Origin: Amoebophrya sp. A120
Taxonomy: Eukaryota > Protista > Dinoflagellata
Direction of reading: 5' to 3'
Assembly (NCBI GenBank): GCA_905178155.1
Contig: CAJINV010000001.1
Coordinates: forward strand, 5,119,994 to 5,183,993
Length of the DNA stretch: 64,000 nt
Shown here piece by piece: positions 12,701 through 24,000 of the stretch. Within the stretch, counting starts at the first letter, position 1, and each line of letters starts with the position of its first letter. Below the pieces are notes generated by a model. The model ran no database searches and was not told where the DNA came from. It saw only the letters and a program-made list of their open reading frames with translations. Both the position numbers and the translations under genes were made by a program.

Positions 12701-14074
12701 GCGGACGGTCCGCTTGAGCCAGGGAAGCCTGCCGTCGCTTTTGGCCAGAAAGCGCCAGAGCGGCCGCATTGAGCCGGAGACTTTGCAACCCCTCAGAAAG
12801 CGGCGCCATCCTGCCGCCCGGATGATGCGCTCGAGTCTAAGAATTTCGGCATGGTCGTCCTGCTTGTAGGCCTCTTCGAGTGCAACAGCATCTTCATGCC
12901 ATGCGTGATTGGCGAGAAACTGCTTCCTGGTGGGTGGGCGGCCGGTGCCTTCCACGGTTATTCGCCACGGCGAGACTGCTTCCGCTACCCGTTCTATTAG
13001 TGCCTCCGTGTAGTCGTTGATCGTCGGAATGTCCTCATCCGCAGCTTGTTCCGCCATCGCAGCTGCTAGCCGTGCGTCGAGTTGCGCAACTTCAGCAACG
13101 ACATCTGGGTCATTGCTGGTGGCATCTGGAAGCACGTATCGGGCGATGGAGCGCGCTTTCGCTGGGTCCTGGTACGTTTCCAACCGTGTGACAAGCGGCA
13201 GGTGGTCGCAGCTCTTCGGGGCGCCATGGTCTACCCACGTTGGCTGAATGGGCCCTGCTTCTGGTTGTCCCGGACCTTGTTCTGCGTCCCAGTCGTCGCC
13301 TGCCCCGAATGCGTGCTCTGCTAGCCTTGGGAAGATGCAGGTGGACCCGGGGCGCCACAGAATGCGGTCGGGTGTCGTAATTGGCGCGCAGGCGGGATAG
13401 GTTTTGTCGTTCGGCGTTAGATCGAGCATCCCGGCGTCGGCGCCACCGCCGCTACTCAGCCAGCGGCTGTGCCACTGATTGATATTGAGATCCCCCATGA
13501 GCAGAACATCTTCGTCTGGTGCTGCGGGGGCAAAAATTTCCGCGAGTTCATGATCGCGCGGCGTCGTGCCGGGCGCAATATATACAAGACAAATGAGTGC
13601 TGTGCGGGTTCCCCATTCTCCACCGGGGAGAATAATCCGCACGCGAGCTACTTCAATTTTGCTTCCTTTTTTCCAGTGCGGGATGGATTTCGTGGTCGGG
13701 CAGACGGTTACTCTTGGGCCTGCATAGATCGCAAGACCCCCTGCAGTTTTGTTGCTGTGAGCGCGGATAAAGGTCGCCTCCCGGGCGTATCCGCGTTTCT
13801 CCCAACTCTTGTCGAGCGGCTTCAGCGCTTTTTCGTCTGCCAGAGTTTCCACTACGCCCACAAGATCCGCCTCAAGCTCACGGCAGCGCTGGATGATGCC
13901 GTGCGTTTTGCGGCGGATCCCATTTACGTTCCAGGTAACCAGCCGAAGGGCGGATTGGTCACCTGGATCGTTGTTACTCGTGAGCGTGAGTTCACAGAAG
14001 AGCCCGCAGTCTCCCGTTCGGGAGAATGAGAATCTGATATGCTGCGCCGAGCAAACCCCGGTCTTTCGGTGCAA
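9767..14074 (-). CDS. LINE ORF2: APE endonuclease, reverse transcriptase, RNase H and C-terminal zinc knuckle
   Basis: APE motifs LVTWNVNG, MGDLN and CDHLP; RT motifs KAPGLD, YRPISL, GIPQGGALSP and FFADD; RNase H motifs CDGA, LSDAQS and HVYGHTGVTHNEVADTLA; CPKC...HFLEC. Confidence 0.95.
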   Translation of the reverse strand: MHRKTGVCSAQHIRFSFSRTGDCGLFCELTLTSNNDPGDQSALRLVTWNVNGIRRKTHGIIQRCRELEADLVGVVETLADEKALKPLDKSWEKRGYAREATFIRAHSNKTAGGLAIYAGPRVTVCPTTKSIPHWKKGSKIEVARVRIILPGGEWGTRTALICLVYIAPGTTPRDHELAEIFAPAAPDEDVLLMGDLNINQWHSRWLSSGGGADAGMLDLTPNDKTYPACAPITTPDRILWRPGSTCIFPRLAEHAFGAGDDWDAEQGPGQPEAGPIQPTWVDHGAPKSCDHLPLVTRLETYQDPAKARSIARYVLPDATSNDPDVVAEVAQLDARLAAAMAEQAADEDIPTINDYTEALIERVAEAVSPWRITVEGTGRPPTRKQFLANHAWHEDAVALEEAYKQDDHAEILRLERIIRAAGWRRFLRGCKVSGSMRPLWRFLAKSDGRLPWLKRTVRSAIKDSHGRWCNTDRAKAAALGAHLRDKYMFQADHPSQLSPATQSALDMAAPVAEVTATEVEAAYKLLGKGKAPGLDDLPLEVWRGPTWHTLAALYTRVLRSEGLPDAFSNSKVIWLDKAGRPPEQMGSYRPISLISTVAKLLERVVLGRLPETEDASQHAYQRGKCTEILLQELATHVDGLAKKGRTILIVQTDIAGAFDSVPHTKLVDQLLRQGIDAGLVRYIWRWLRHRAFCSQVGQERSQWFRPCTGIPQGGALSPWAWNSLLAGTASEVSAKVGAGLWLRFFADDGTAIIDGNSPEECAAIAAQFEEALSASLVARGLRLAPSKMEAMWLDVPKTGVYRRQHDTYGRVRKDPTPVEQPPAQLAAIPYPTKNSLRVLGLLVDHRFTMCAHLAHIEKKCTLRLSILRSLANRHWGLDVATLSQTSLFLVSHILGYGVTIYGSCASQAALQKLNTKIINPAARIVLGTSRTQRLESLYMGSNLQSVFNIYTSRLASFVDRLLRASSTPLRERIAETIPGLRYVYEPALPPREMRAQDPTELAALRPDCPYTTAVTSWTHWVALPPAQASTAQSPSAEQQPARRVYHTYAPELESDQEADRQFAPPAAQCPPWAMEAVKTLESAGWNRHQVQRLQTYRPQVGRLENLRVHSHELAGTRDELAARYKFTGACDGAHLAATGRGASAAYLHSSREARVLAGAWGGNKSSYRPEFTALMDLLGLAIQAAAEEDTAAQELLLLSDAQSVLARIKTLAQCGGLATDAECEMMARLERVSRLYKCIRIQHVYGHTGVTHNEVADTLADHAAALGPAPAEWPQAPTLDDMKGLVKAELDRQEADTMQSLKRAAPSVSGSLCSVFLPDRPACKKLYKELSAQGESREVQVTAASLLGATRFKQLTPAGLLGRMCPKCDAVADTPAHFLECYVVGDLGGLSDPQRLARLFSYVTYETRAHQDERRRAAGGGDAAGPPPPQHRGNF

Positions 14075-16085
14075 TGATCTTCACGTCGCAGGTGGATCGG
14101 TCGTATTTCCGCTGTGAGTCGTCAAACACACCTCCCCCTACCGCTCCCCAGAAACGGATCGTGACGCCGAGAGCGTGCGCCGCCCCCTGTAGTTCGACGT
14201 CGGACGTCCTTGCCGACTTCGGGTGGGCCGTTTCCTTAATGCCGGCCTCCACCTTCGTGCTGAAGGTTTCTTTGTTCATCTGTCCACCCTCCCGGACGTG
14301 GAGCTCATACAGCGCGTCAATGCTGTTGTAGTGCACTGTGTCGCTGGCGCAGATGAGGTACGCCTTCTCAGCATGTGCGGCGCCCCCGGTGGCGGCTGCG
14401 CTTGTGCTGCTGGCCGCGCCGGAAGCGGCAGCTCGATCCGCGGCTGCGCTGGCAACTTTTTCGCTTGCGAAGATTGTTTTCCCCTTCTTCGATAAGCCCG
14501 CCGTCGGAAGTTGCTGGCCGTCGAGGAGGTCGCCTACCGGTTGCGTAGCCACGCCCGGCTTAGCGAGCAGGAGAGGAACATTGTGGTCCTTGCTGCAGGC
14601 AGGCGGCCCCCCCTTGGGGCAGACTCCCGTCCGCTGGTACCCCGTGCACGGTTCCTTCGCGTTCAGCTGGTTGCCCACGCCTGCCGACTTCAGGAACTGC
14701 TGGTTGGTCAGTTTGCGGTAAAGCTGGTCCACGCGGCAACCATGTGCGAGCTTCACCAGTTGCGGCTTGGCTTTCGTGACTTTCTCGATTTCTTGTAACC
14801 ACTCGATTTGCGGCAAGCCGGGCTGTTGGTCGAGGATAGACTTTGCGACGTCCCGAATAGTTTGCTTTTCCGCCTCCGTTGGTTGCGTTTGGCGTTCCGC
14901 TAGGAATTCCGTGATGGTTTTCCCGAAGAGCCGCTTGCAATCGTGGCTGCGGAGGCGGAGCCGCACCCACAGCTGCGACGTTATTTCTTCTGGAGCGACC
15001 CAGGGGTCATACTCATCAAGAAGCTTCTGAAGATCGGCCAGTTCTGGGCGGGCTGTTGCGGCTTTGTTGATGTTGTTGCTTCTGGCACCACTTGATTGCT
15101 GTGAAGATGTCGGCTTGTGCATGGTTACCGTACTTGGTCCTGGTGCGGAGGATGAAGCAGCTGCTGCGCTGCTGGAGGCGACGTTGTTGCCGGGCGCCGT
15201 TTTATCCACCGCCGGCGCGGTATTGGTCGTCTCCGCTCTGCCCGAGTTTGTGCTGCCGGTGTTCTGACCTACGGTCGATCCAGCAGGAGGGCTGGCAGCA
15301 GTTCTTTGGGTGCGTCGAGGGCTGCGTTCTCGCGCAGCCCCTTGAGCCGGTGCATTAGGTTGCCCCTGTCGATTTCTTGGGCGCAGTGCCAACAAGCACT
15401 GCCCGACCGTGTCGCGGAGGATGCCGCGGATCTGGTGTCCTCTAATGTGGAATCTGTTCCACAGCATCTTCTGGACCTGCTTGCTGGTGGTTCTCGTGTT
15501 CAGCAGGTAGGCCTCCCGAATGACCTGCTTTACTTCATTCCTCCCCGGCAGATTGGCATGCGACATCGTCGCATCTTCTGCCTTGGTGTGTTTGTCTGAA
15601 GTGGTGCCGGCTGAGCTTGCCGGCGTTGCGGGAAAGACGGCGTGGCTGTGGTTGGAGCGACTTAGATTGGTGCTGGTGTGTTTGTGAGGTGCAGTCTGTG
15701 TTTGTGTGGCAGGCGCCGTGATAACCGGAGGCGCAGGCATGGGCATCTTGCGACAGCACTGCTCTGTCGCGCCGCAGGTCGGCGTTTGCGTGTAGACAAC
15801 GGTAGACGGCCCCCAGGGCGTGTGCAGGTTGTCTTGCATATTGCGCAGGGCAATGCACTTCTCGAGCGGCACGTTCACAAAACTGTCATGCTGACAGCAC
15901 GAGCTGGCTGTCATCGTTCCAAAATTGATGATCGGCGGCGCTGTTCCCATAGTGCCGACCGTTTTGCACCGCTTGCAGAGGCAGTGCATCCCTTCGCCTA
16001 GGGACTGACGCATGCAGAGAACGGGAGCATTGCAGCCGGACTGCTGCATCGGGAAACAACAGGAGCCGATCATTTTGTAGCGCAA
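13992..16085 (-). CDS. LINE ORF1: Cys-rich N-terminus and CCCH zinc finger
   Basis: 697-aa ORF inside the TSD-bounded element, upstream of and overlapping ORF2; CTGYQRTGVCPKGGPPACSKDH is a CCCH-type finger. Confidence 0.8.
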   Translation of the reverse strand: MRYKMIGSCCFPMQQSGCNAPVLCMRQSLGEGMHCLCKRCKTVGTMGTAPPIINFGTMTASSCCQHDSFVNVPLEKCIALRNMQDNLHTPWGPSTVVYTQTPTCGATEQCCRKMPMPAPPVITAPATQTQTAPHKHTSTNLSRSNHSHAVFPATPASSAGTTSDKHTKAEDATMSHANLPGRNEVKQVIREAYLLNTRTTSKQVQKMLWNRFHIRGHQIRGILRDTVGQCLLALRPRNRQGQPNAPAQGAARERSPRRTQRTAASPPAGSTVGQNTGSTNSGRAETTNTAPAVDKTAPGNNVASSSAAAASSSAPGPSTVTMHKPTSSQQSSGARSNNINKAATARPELADLQKLLDEYDPWVAPEEITSQLWVRLRLRSHDCKRLFGKTITEFLAERQTQPTEAEKQTIRDVAKSILDQQPGLPQIEWLQEIEKVTKAKPQLVKLAHGCRVDQLYRKLTNQQFLKSAGVGNQLNAKEPCTGYQRTGVCPKGGPPACSKDHNVPLLLAKPGVATQPVGDLLDGQQLPTAGLSKKGKTIFASEKVASAAADRAAASGAASSTSAAATGGAAHAEKAYLICASDTVHYNSIDALYELHVREGGQMNKETFSTKVEAGIKETAHPKSARTSDVELQGAAHALGVTIRFWGAVGGGVFDDSQRKYDRSTCDVKIIAPKDRGLLGAAYQILILPNGRLRALL

Positions 16086-18026
16086 TAACCTGACTGCGCT
16101 TAGTTGCTAAGCAAAAGGTAACTTGGTGCAGGCGCTGTCTAGTGAAGCAAGACTTCGCGGCGAAGCCTGTGAAGCGTAGTTATTAGCTGTAGTGATGTTG
16201 AGAGTGTCTAACTCCGTACCTAGTGTGGTCTAGTTTGTCGGTTTAGTTCGCGTCTTTAGGTGTGGTTTGTTGCTAAGTAAATTGCGAGCTGTGACAAGCA
16301 GACGGTGCAGTTTATAGGTGCAGTCTAGAGGTGGTAAAGGCAGAGGTTCAAGTTGGAACTGTAGTGATGAATCGCCGGGATTCTTAACAAAGCCTTACCT
16401 AGTAGTTACCGATTCAGAGGCTTTCTTCAAGTGCGGAAGCGTGTTCCGACTTTATCGCACTCCCTTTAGACCGAACTGTTTACATTGTGTCCTTAACCCG
16501 CCGGTGCTATGATGGTATTTAGCATCTTTAAGGGTAGTAAAGAATGCGGAAACCCATATACAGGTCGGCGGGATTGGGACTCCTAGAGAGCGAGCCGAAT
16601 AGGCGGGAAGGGCGATACCCACCCGACCGCATTGGAGACCGATATCACTGGCCCTCGAGAGTGTGGCACAACCGACAAAGGTGAGACATTAACCCTAATA
16701 CTAGGGTTAATTTTTAAATTTTAATAATTTTAATTTGGGCAGCACCTACACAGGAGTGACAACCGAACTAAATTTGCAAATTTTCCAGCATTCCATGCTG
16801 TTTTTGCCCGACTTCTAGCCGGTTTTGTGACCGAGGTGTGCTCTTCAGGAGCAACAATTGATCTGCGGGAACCGAGACATAGATACTTGAGTTCTTTGAG
16901 ATCGAAACTGACCGATGTGTGCACCGACATTTGTGAAACTCACCAGGAGCGATGGTTCTTGACCACCTAGTTGCGCGATCGATATTTACAAATATCTTTG
17001 AACATTTCCAGGTTCTTGTCACGACTTCCCTTCCCACCAGGGGCGGGCAGTTGCATTTTTATGAAAAAAAGTAAAACGGCAACCGTAAAACTTAAAGTGA
17101 AACTTCTCGCATAGTTGTAGTCCTTTGAAGATACTTATCGATCCGTATCCCAATTAATAAATAGTGTGGCTCAGAAGTCTGACCGTCCGACCCTTTTACG
17201 CATACGCAGCATTAATAATGCTGCTTCGAGCTCCATTGGTATAATACCTCCACCATTGAGTACTAACTTGGTATTCCTCCCAGATCAGGCCGGCACTTGA
17301 CGACAGAGACCACAATCTAGAATAAAAGTTGTTCGCTTCTATTCATATTCTGTTGACCAGAAAAGCGATCGTCTCTCTGGAAAATGAAAATAAAAATGAC
17401 AGCTTCAAAAGCTGAAAATAATAAACGGAAAATAAATTCACGATTGACCACGAAGAGCAGTCTTCACAAAAAGTAGACATCTGCTCATGCTGTTGTCGGT
17501 ATGCCAACGTCAGCGTCAAGTTGTTGAAATTCATATTCAACACGTTTTTGCATAAAAAGCAGCGAAAGTGACCTAAAAGAAGTGCAACCAGAAATATTCT
17601 ATAGATAACATTAACTACAATATGAATATTTATAGTTGGTGAAGGAAAAAATAAAGCTGCATTGTCATAACTGAAACCTGTAGTTAGTACGCTATTCCAC
17701 ATCTCCCAAAATAAAATATAGAAACGAAAAAACACTGATTTGTTCGGATTCTGTGGTCAATAGATAGTATCAAACCTGAGCTCTCAATTGAACTTGTTCA
17801 GTTGTCTTGTGAAAAACAACGCTTGCAACAATCAATGACAATCAGCAGGACCGAAACGTTATCTTTGCTATACACAGTTCGCCTTTTCTTGAGGTTGACG
17901 CAACTGAGGTTAGCTAAAACTTAAACGTTCTTGGAAATACTTACTTTTCGAAAAGTAATTCCACCAGAGCAAGTCGACCTGGCCTGCTTTGACGAGCGAA
18001 AAAGCAGATCCACTCGTCACGACCCC

Positions 18027-21000
18027 TTACAACTCGTCCTGCTTTTCGGACTCCCCCGCAGAGACCGGCGCAGCCGGCGCTTCCGGCGGCGGCAGCGGCG
18101 GGGAAGAAGAGCAGTGCTTGTAGAAGAAGAAAACGTGGCCCATCTTGTTGGAGATCGCGATCACGGCCACCAACAACATGAACAAGGCGACATCGTTCTC
18201 CGGTTCAAAGGTCTTGAACGCCAGGGCATTGAGCTTGCGCAACACGAACTCCCCCGTATTTCCGAAGCACTCGTACGCCGGGACGTCGGAATGGCCAAGG
18301 CACGTGTACCCGGCCGCATTAGCGCCCGCGGGGTACTGGCACTGCTGCAGATCCGCTTGGGCCTGCGTGAACGTGGTGCCATCAACCACCGGGCACGAAA
18401 CCGCGCCCGGAATGCTGCGCTCCGTCCAGGCAAACTCGATGTACATCTGGTTCGCCAAGCCCCACCGGGTCGGCATCGTGTAAGTGAAGAGTTTGAAGGG
18501 GTAGTTGACTTCGTCGATGTTCACCATCAAACCGCTGAACAAGAACGCATTGTACCTGATAGAACGCGCAACGACAGAGAAGGTTGAGGTTTCTATTTTG
18601 ATTTTTTGCATCTTCATTCAAGAAAATCACTAGTATAGCCTTTCACTTTCCATGATGGCATGGACAACGAGCATGATGTTGAGAGGGTATCATATTATTT
18701 ATATAGACAAGTTCTCCACCACAGCACTGCGCGTTCGTTGGGCTTGGGAACAACGATAAAAAGCAGAAACAAGGATAAAAGTAAAACCATCTACCAGGAT
18801 TAAGAAAAATTTCTTTTTTACCAGTAGACGATCATGGCGAGGAGTCCGATGAGGACGTTCATGGACAGAACCGAGGCCATCTGCGCGAAGAACTCGAAGG
18901 AGATGTAGTAGACCCAAACGTTGACGTGGGTGATCTATGCATTGCAAATATGTCTGGGTCTGCAAAGTTGGAACTTGTAATGCTGGTCTTACATGGCATG
19001 GCATGGCATGAGGCTTGCGCCCTCCAGGTACATGGAATGCCAAATGCACCAGGGATCCGCTTTCTGCGGATTCTATGTTTGTAGGGGACACCCGCGACGC
19101 CGCCCTAAGACAGCGAACCCCGATAATAACAAGAGGGCGCAATCCTTGGCGACGACAGAGAAGCCTCCTCTTCTTGCAATGTTGGTTTATCCCTAATTCA
19201 TTCTCTGGCATCTGTGAGCTGATCCAAGTCCGGGCGCAAGTGCCTCGAGTGTTGATTTCCCGGCGCTCGGTTGCGTTCGAGTAGTTGGGGGGGCTACTCT
19301 AAGGGTACAGGGACCTACATTCCTGTGAAATCTGTACTGCAACTGCATGACCAACAAAAGTCGCAGCCTCTCTTGTCGTACAAAAACGCTGTTTCTCATG
19401 CGGAGTGCGTATGAGAAAGCGTTCTGCAAACTTGTCATACTTTCCTGCGTACGGAAGTGTTTTCGTCATCCATCACAAGTTCAAGTTTCCGACCCCAGGC
19501 ATATTTGCATTTGATATGATCAGCACGTTCTCGATGTTCCACCGCATGTTGCCCAGCCAGTAGGTCGGAATCCACAAGACGCACATGGCCAGCACCAGGC
19601 ACATGGGGATGGAGATCAGGGTCATCGCGGTCAAGTACATCCAGGCGGAGTAGAACCCGTTGCGAATCTCGTTCTTGACCAGCTTGAAGCTGAAGTTGTA
19701 GAACACGGTGGCGGCCGCGGCGAACAAAGTCTGCGCACAGAAGATCCACCCCATCAGCCAGGCTTTCATCATGGCGTTCTCCTGGGACCACTCAAAGTGC
19801 CCCGCGTACGCGATGTCAAAGAAGATGGAGGAGCCCATGTACAACATCATCCGTCCGAGATACGGTGTCTATCAAAATGAAAAATCCCCCCTCCCCATAT
19901 CAAAACGGATATTTGTGATGCTGATTTGCGGTCACAAATCATCTTTGTCTTGCATATGGGGTAATAGGAGTCATCTGACGCATTCCAGAGCTAGTCTGTA
20001 ATGCGCTTCGGCTATTGCAAGCCTGCTGTTTGCCATGCGCAATTTCTAGCCTTCTGCATGCCCAGACAGGCTTAGAAAATACCGCCAAGCACTTTCTGCA
20101 AGACAAATCTGATTTGCGTACGCAAATCCAGCATCAGAAACTTCGTTTCGATATGAGGAGGGGGGATTTTGCCTCACAATAGCGTCGGATCGGTCACGCA
20201 GGACACCAGCAGTTCGCGGTAGAACAGCGTTTTGATCAAGCTCGCGCCGGACGGGGGCAGCAGACTGTTCCCCGTAGATTCCGTGGCGGCGCCGGTGGGG
20301 ACCACGGTGGACGTGAACTCGCCGAGCGGGCCGCCGTTGACGGAATCCGTGTGCTTCTTGCTCGCTTTCCAACCGGACAAAATCTTTTCCTGCTGCTCCT
20401 TCGAAGCGAAGTCGCTGTTCACCAAATCCAAGTAGTACTCCGCGGGGTTGGTCAGCGCCGGCACCGTGAATCCGATGGACGAGAAGTGTTGCTGAATCTC
20501 CGGCCGCGGCCCGCAGTAGGCCATCTCGCCAGAAGCCAGGATGGCCACCTCGTCGCACAGGGACCAGATTTCGTAGGAGGGCTGGTGGATGGTGCACACC
20601 ACCACCATGTTCTTCAGTTGTGCGACTTTGCGCAGGTAGTACATCATCAAGTACGCCGACGCGGAGTCGATTCCCGTGGTGGGCTCGTCCAGGAACATGA
20701 TGCGGGGCTCGCGCAGCAGGCCGCACGCGACGCACAGCCGCTTTTTCTGCCCCGCGGTCATGCCGCTGTTCCCGAGGATGCCGCCCGCCTTCTGGTCTTC
20801 GCAGTCCTTTAGACCCATGGCGACCAGCATTTTTTCCACGGCCTCGGGAATTTTGCTTTTGTCCGCCATCACCAGGTTGGCGGTAAACTCCAGGTTCTGG
20901 CGGCAGGTCAGGGTCTGGATCAGCTGGATGTACTGCGGCACGTACACGCAGTCTTGCGCGAGGTCGTTCAAATGCGTCACGGAACGCCCGTTCACGTACA

Positions 21001-24000
21001 GTAAACCCTGCATCTGCAGGTTCCCGGCCAGGTTGAAGGTGACCGCATCCAGCCACGTGGTCTTACCGGCGCCGGACGGCCCCAGCATCGCGCAAACCTG
21101 CCCCCCGGACGCTTTCAGGGAAATGGACTTCACGAGCGGCTTCTCAGACGTGGGTGTGCCGAACATAGGCTTTTTCGCCTTGATCTGCACAGAGAGTTTG
21201 CAGCACTCAAACCGGTTCGGATTTTCCGGCTCGAACGGCTTCAGGTCCATACCTGGGTTTGAACATGATATGGTAAAATTCAAAAAAAGACCTCGTCGCT
21301 GTGTGCAAGCTACAAGCTGCAAGCAGCTGCACAGTGCAGCTGCTTGTTTACTGCGGGCACTGAAACGCCGCTAGCCGCTCTCGTCGAGGACGAGCTTGTG
21401 CTTACTAGTCTGTTTCGAAAACGAAAAGGTAAAGGCGATTGATGACAAATAATAGAACATGAACATCCTATTGCAGGCGCACTATACCCAGGGTCATGGT
21501 GCGCGCGCGCAGCACATCGGAAGCCAGTTTTTCGTCCATGGTTTGCGGCTTCACCGTTTCGCCCTCCGGCTTGATGGCGACCGGATCCGAGGCATTCGGC
21601 GGCAACTCAACCTTTCCACTGCTCCAGCACTCCTTGTAGAATAAAAAGGCGTGGACCACGGTGAAATAGAAAGCAAGTCCGATCAGGACGAGCACGCGAA
21701 TCCCGAGCAGATCATCATCCGTGTCGATCGCCGGATAGTAGGTCTTCAAAGACTTCAACACCTGAATTTATCAGTTTGAAAATGTGACGAGCAGCACGAG
21801 CCGCAGCATATTAAGATTAACCATAACAGCTGTAATGCCATTACTTTGCTGTTCAGCTTGTTTGAAGCTGAACAGCAAAGTAAAAATGGCATTCATCTTG
21901 AAGAACAGCAAAGTAATGGCGGATGAACCCTTCATCTTGATGAAGAAGATCGGCATTTTTGTATCAATATCATACCTCATTTCTACTACCAACAACAAAC
22001 TCACGAGTGCACTTTTTTTATTTCGATTTATTTCGAGATGTATTTATCAAGTACCTGCACGCCGGTGTAACCCCAGCAGTTGAAGTCTTCCTTGCCGCCC
22101 GTGGAAATCGAGTCGGGGCAGGTGAAGCCGGTGGTTTCGCCGGGCAGGTAGATGCAGGTCGGAGACGAAACGCCCGTGGCAGTCGCGCACGGTGCGGCGC
22201 TGCCCCAGGACTCCTCGTGTTCGAAGTCGGAATACAGAAAGATGGCGGTAGCGTGGCGGTGCGGGGACATGTAGGTGAACGCGCGGAAGGGCCAGGGCAC
22301 GTTGTCCGGGTCCAGAAACATGCCACAGAACAGGAAGGAGGCGTACCAGAACTGAATCATGCCGCCCATACCCAGAATCAGCGGGCCGGTCATGGCGCAC
22401 ACGCGGCCGCACGCGTCGAAGACCTGGATCAACAGGAACTGGGTGATCAAGCCCCAGTAGGAGGGTTCCGCGTACCAGCCGCCAAACCAGGGAAAGTAGA
22501 TGGAGCCGTACATGCTGATCGCCGCGAGCAGGAAGTGGATGGGGATGGACAGCACCACGATGGCGAGCAGGTACTCGGCCGTTTTGTAGTACCCGTTGCG
22601 CACCTCCTGCGACACGATCGGGAAGGTGGACTTGAAAAAGTAAACGCACACGATGGAGTAGATGCTGTTCGAGGTCATGATCATGAACAGCGGCCAGATC
22701 TTGCTCATCACGTACTTGTTGTCGTATTGTGAGGAAAAATCCCCCCTCCCCATATCAAATCGAAGTTGCTGGCGCTGTATTTGAGTACACAAATCAGGTT
22801 TGTCTTGCAGAAAGTGCTTGGCGGCATTTTCTGAGCCTGTTTGGGTATGCAGAAGGCTAGCAATTACACATGGCAAACAGGTTTGCAGTAGCCGAAAGCG
22901 CATGACAGATTGGCTTTGGAATGCGCCACATGGCTCCTATTGCCCTATAGGCAAGACAAAGACGATTTGTGACCCCAAATCAGCATTACAAATTTCCATT
23001 TTGATATGGGGAGGGGGGCTTTTTCCTTTTGATATGTCGTGGCCCCTGCCCTCCCACCAGAGGAGAATCATAAACACGTTCGTGACCCACATGATGATCG
23101 GACGCAGCAGGTACAGAACCGGGTCGGTGCGCGCCACGCGCCACTCGCGCGCGAACACCGCCTTCAGCCGGGTGCCGGCGGTGGACTGTTTCTTGCGGGG
23201 AATCAGCTGCAGGGCGCGCTCGTACACGTCCTCGGAAATCATCTGGGTGTCGCGTTTGTGCATGCCGTTGTCGTTCCCATTGTCGTCCGCGGTGGTGGAG
23301 GATCCGGAGTCCGCGTACGTTCCCAGACCGCTCTTGCCCTTGGTCTTCCAGTTTTCCAGCAGGTCCACGACGGAGCAGGCGATTCCCTTCTGCTTCCGCT
23401 TGTCCTGCGGCATGGCCGGGTTCACGAGGTCCAACACAAAGTCCGCCGGGTTCGAGGCGGCCGGGCAGTCGATCTCGGCCGCGCGCTCGAAGTAGGGCAA
23501 CATCTCGCGCCGGGGGCCGGAGAACGCGACCTGCCCCTTGGACAAAACCAAAACGTGGTCCAGCATGCTGAACACGTTGGTCGGCGGCTGCTGCAACGTA
23601 ATCACGACACACAGCCGGAACCTCACCGCCAAGTCGCGCACCACCTTCATCACGTTGTACGCAGCGGCGGAATCCAAACCGGACGTCGGCTCATCGACAT
23701 ACAGAACCTGACAATAATTTCATGATTCGGGATTTCTCGGTCGATGTTGATATTATCCTCAGTCGCCTTTATCGTGCCCATCGAGCGTTATGTTTGTGGG
23801 AAACTGCTTGCACCTGCAGCCTTGTGCTAGTATATACATTCTCTTATCTCATAATTTGTGATTGTAAAAGCGGCACAAGTATAGTACAGCTTAGAAGTAC
23901 ACCACAAGTACCTTCGGTTCGCGCAGCAGCGCCAGCCCGAGCGCTAGACGCTTCTTCTGTCCGCCCGACATACCCTTCAAACCGATGTACCCCCCCACGA

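Larger units (their letters stand above)
9396..17048 (-). mobile_element. Apparently full-length non-LTR retrotransposon (LINE) with RNase H
   Basis: 14-bp direct repeat AGTTGCATTTTTAT at 9382-9395 and 17049-17062; A-rich 3' end (minus strand ...CAAATAAATAAAAA); two long intact ORFs; GC-richer than its flanks. Confidence 0.9.

Noticed and set aside
16689-16710. Telomeric repeat or piggyBac element (TTAACCC...GGGTTAA)
   Set aside because: Only a 22-bp palindrome, with no array and no internal sequence.
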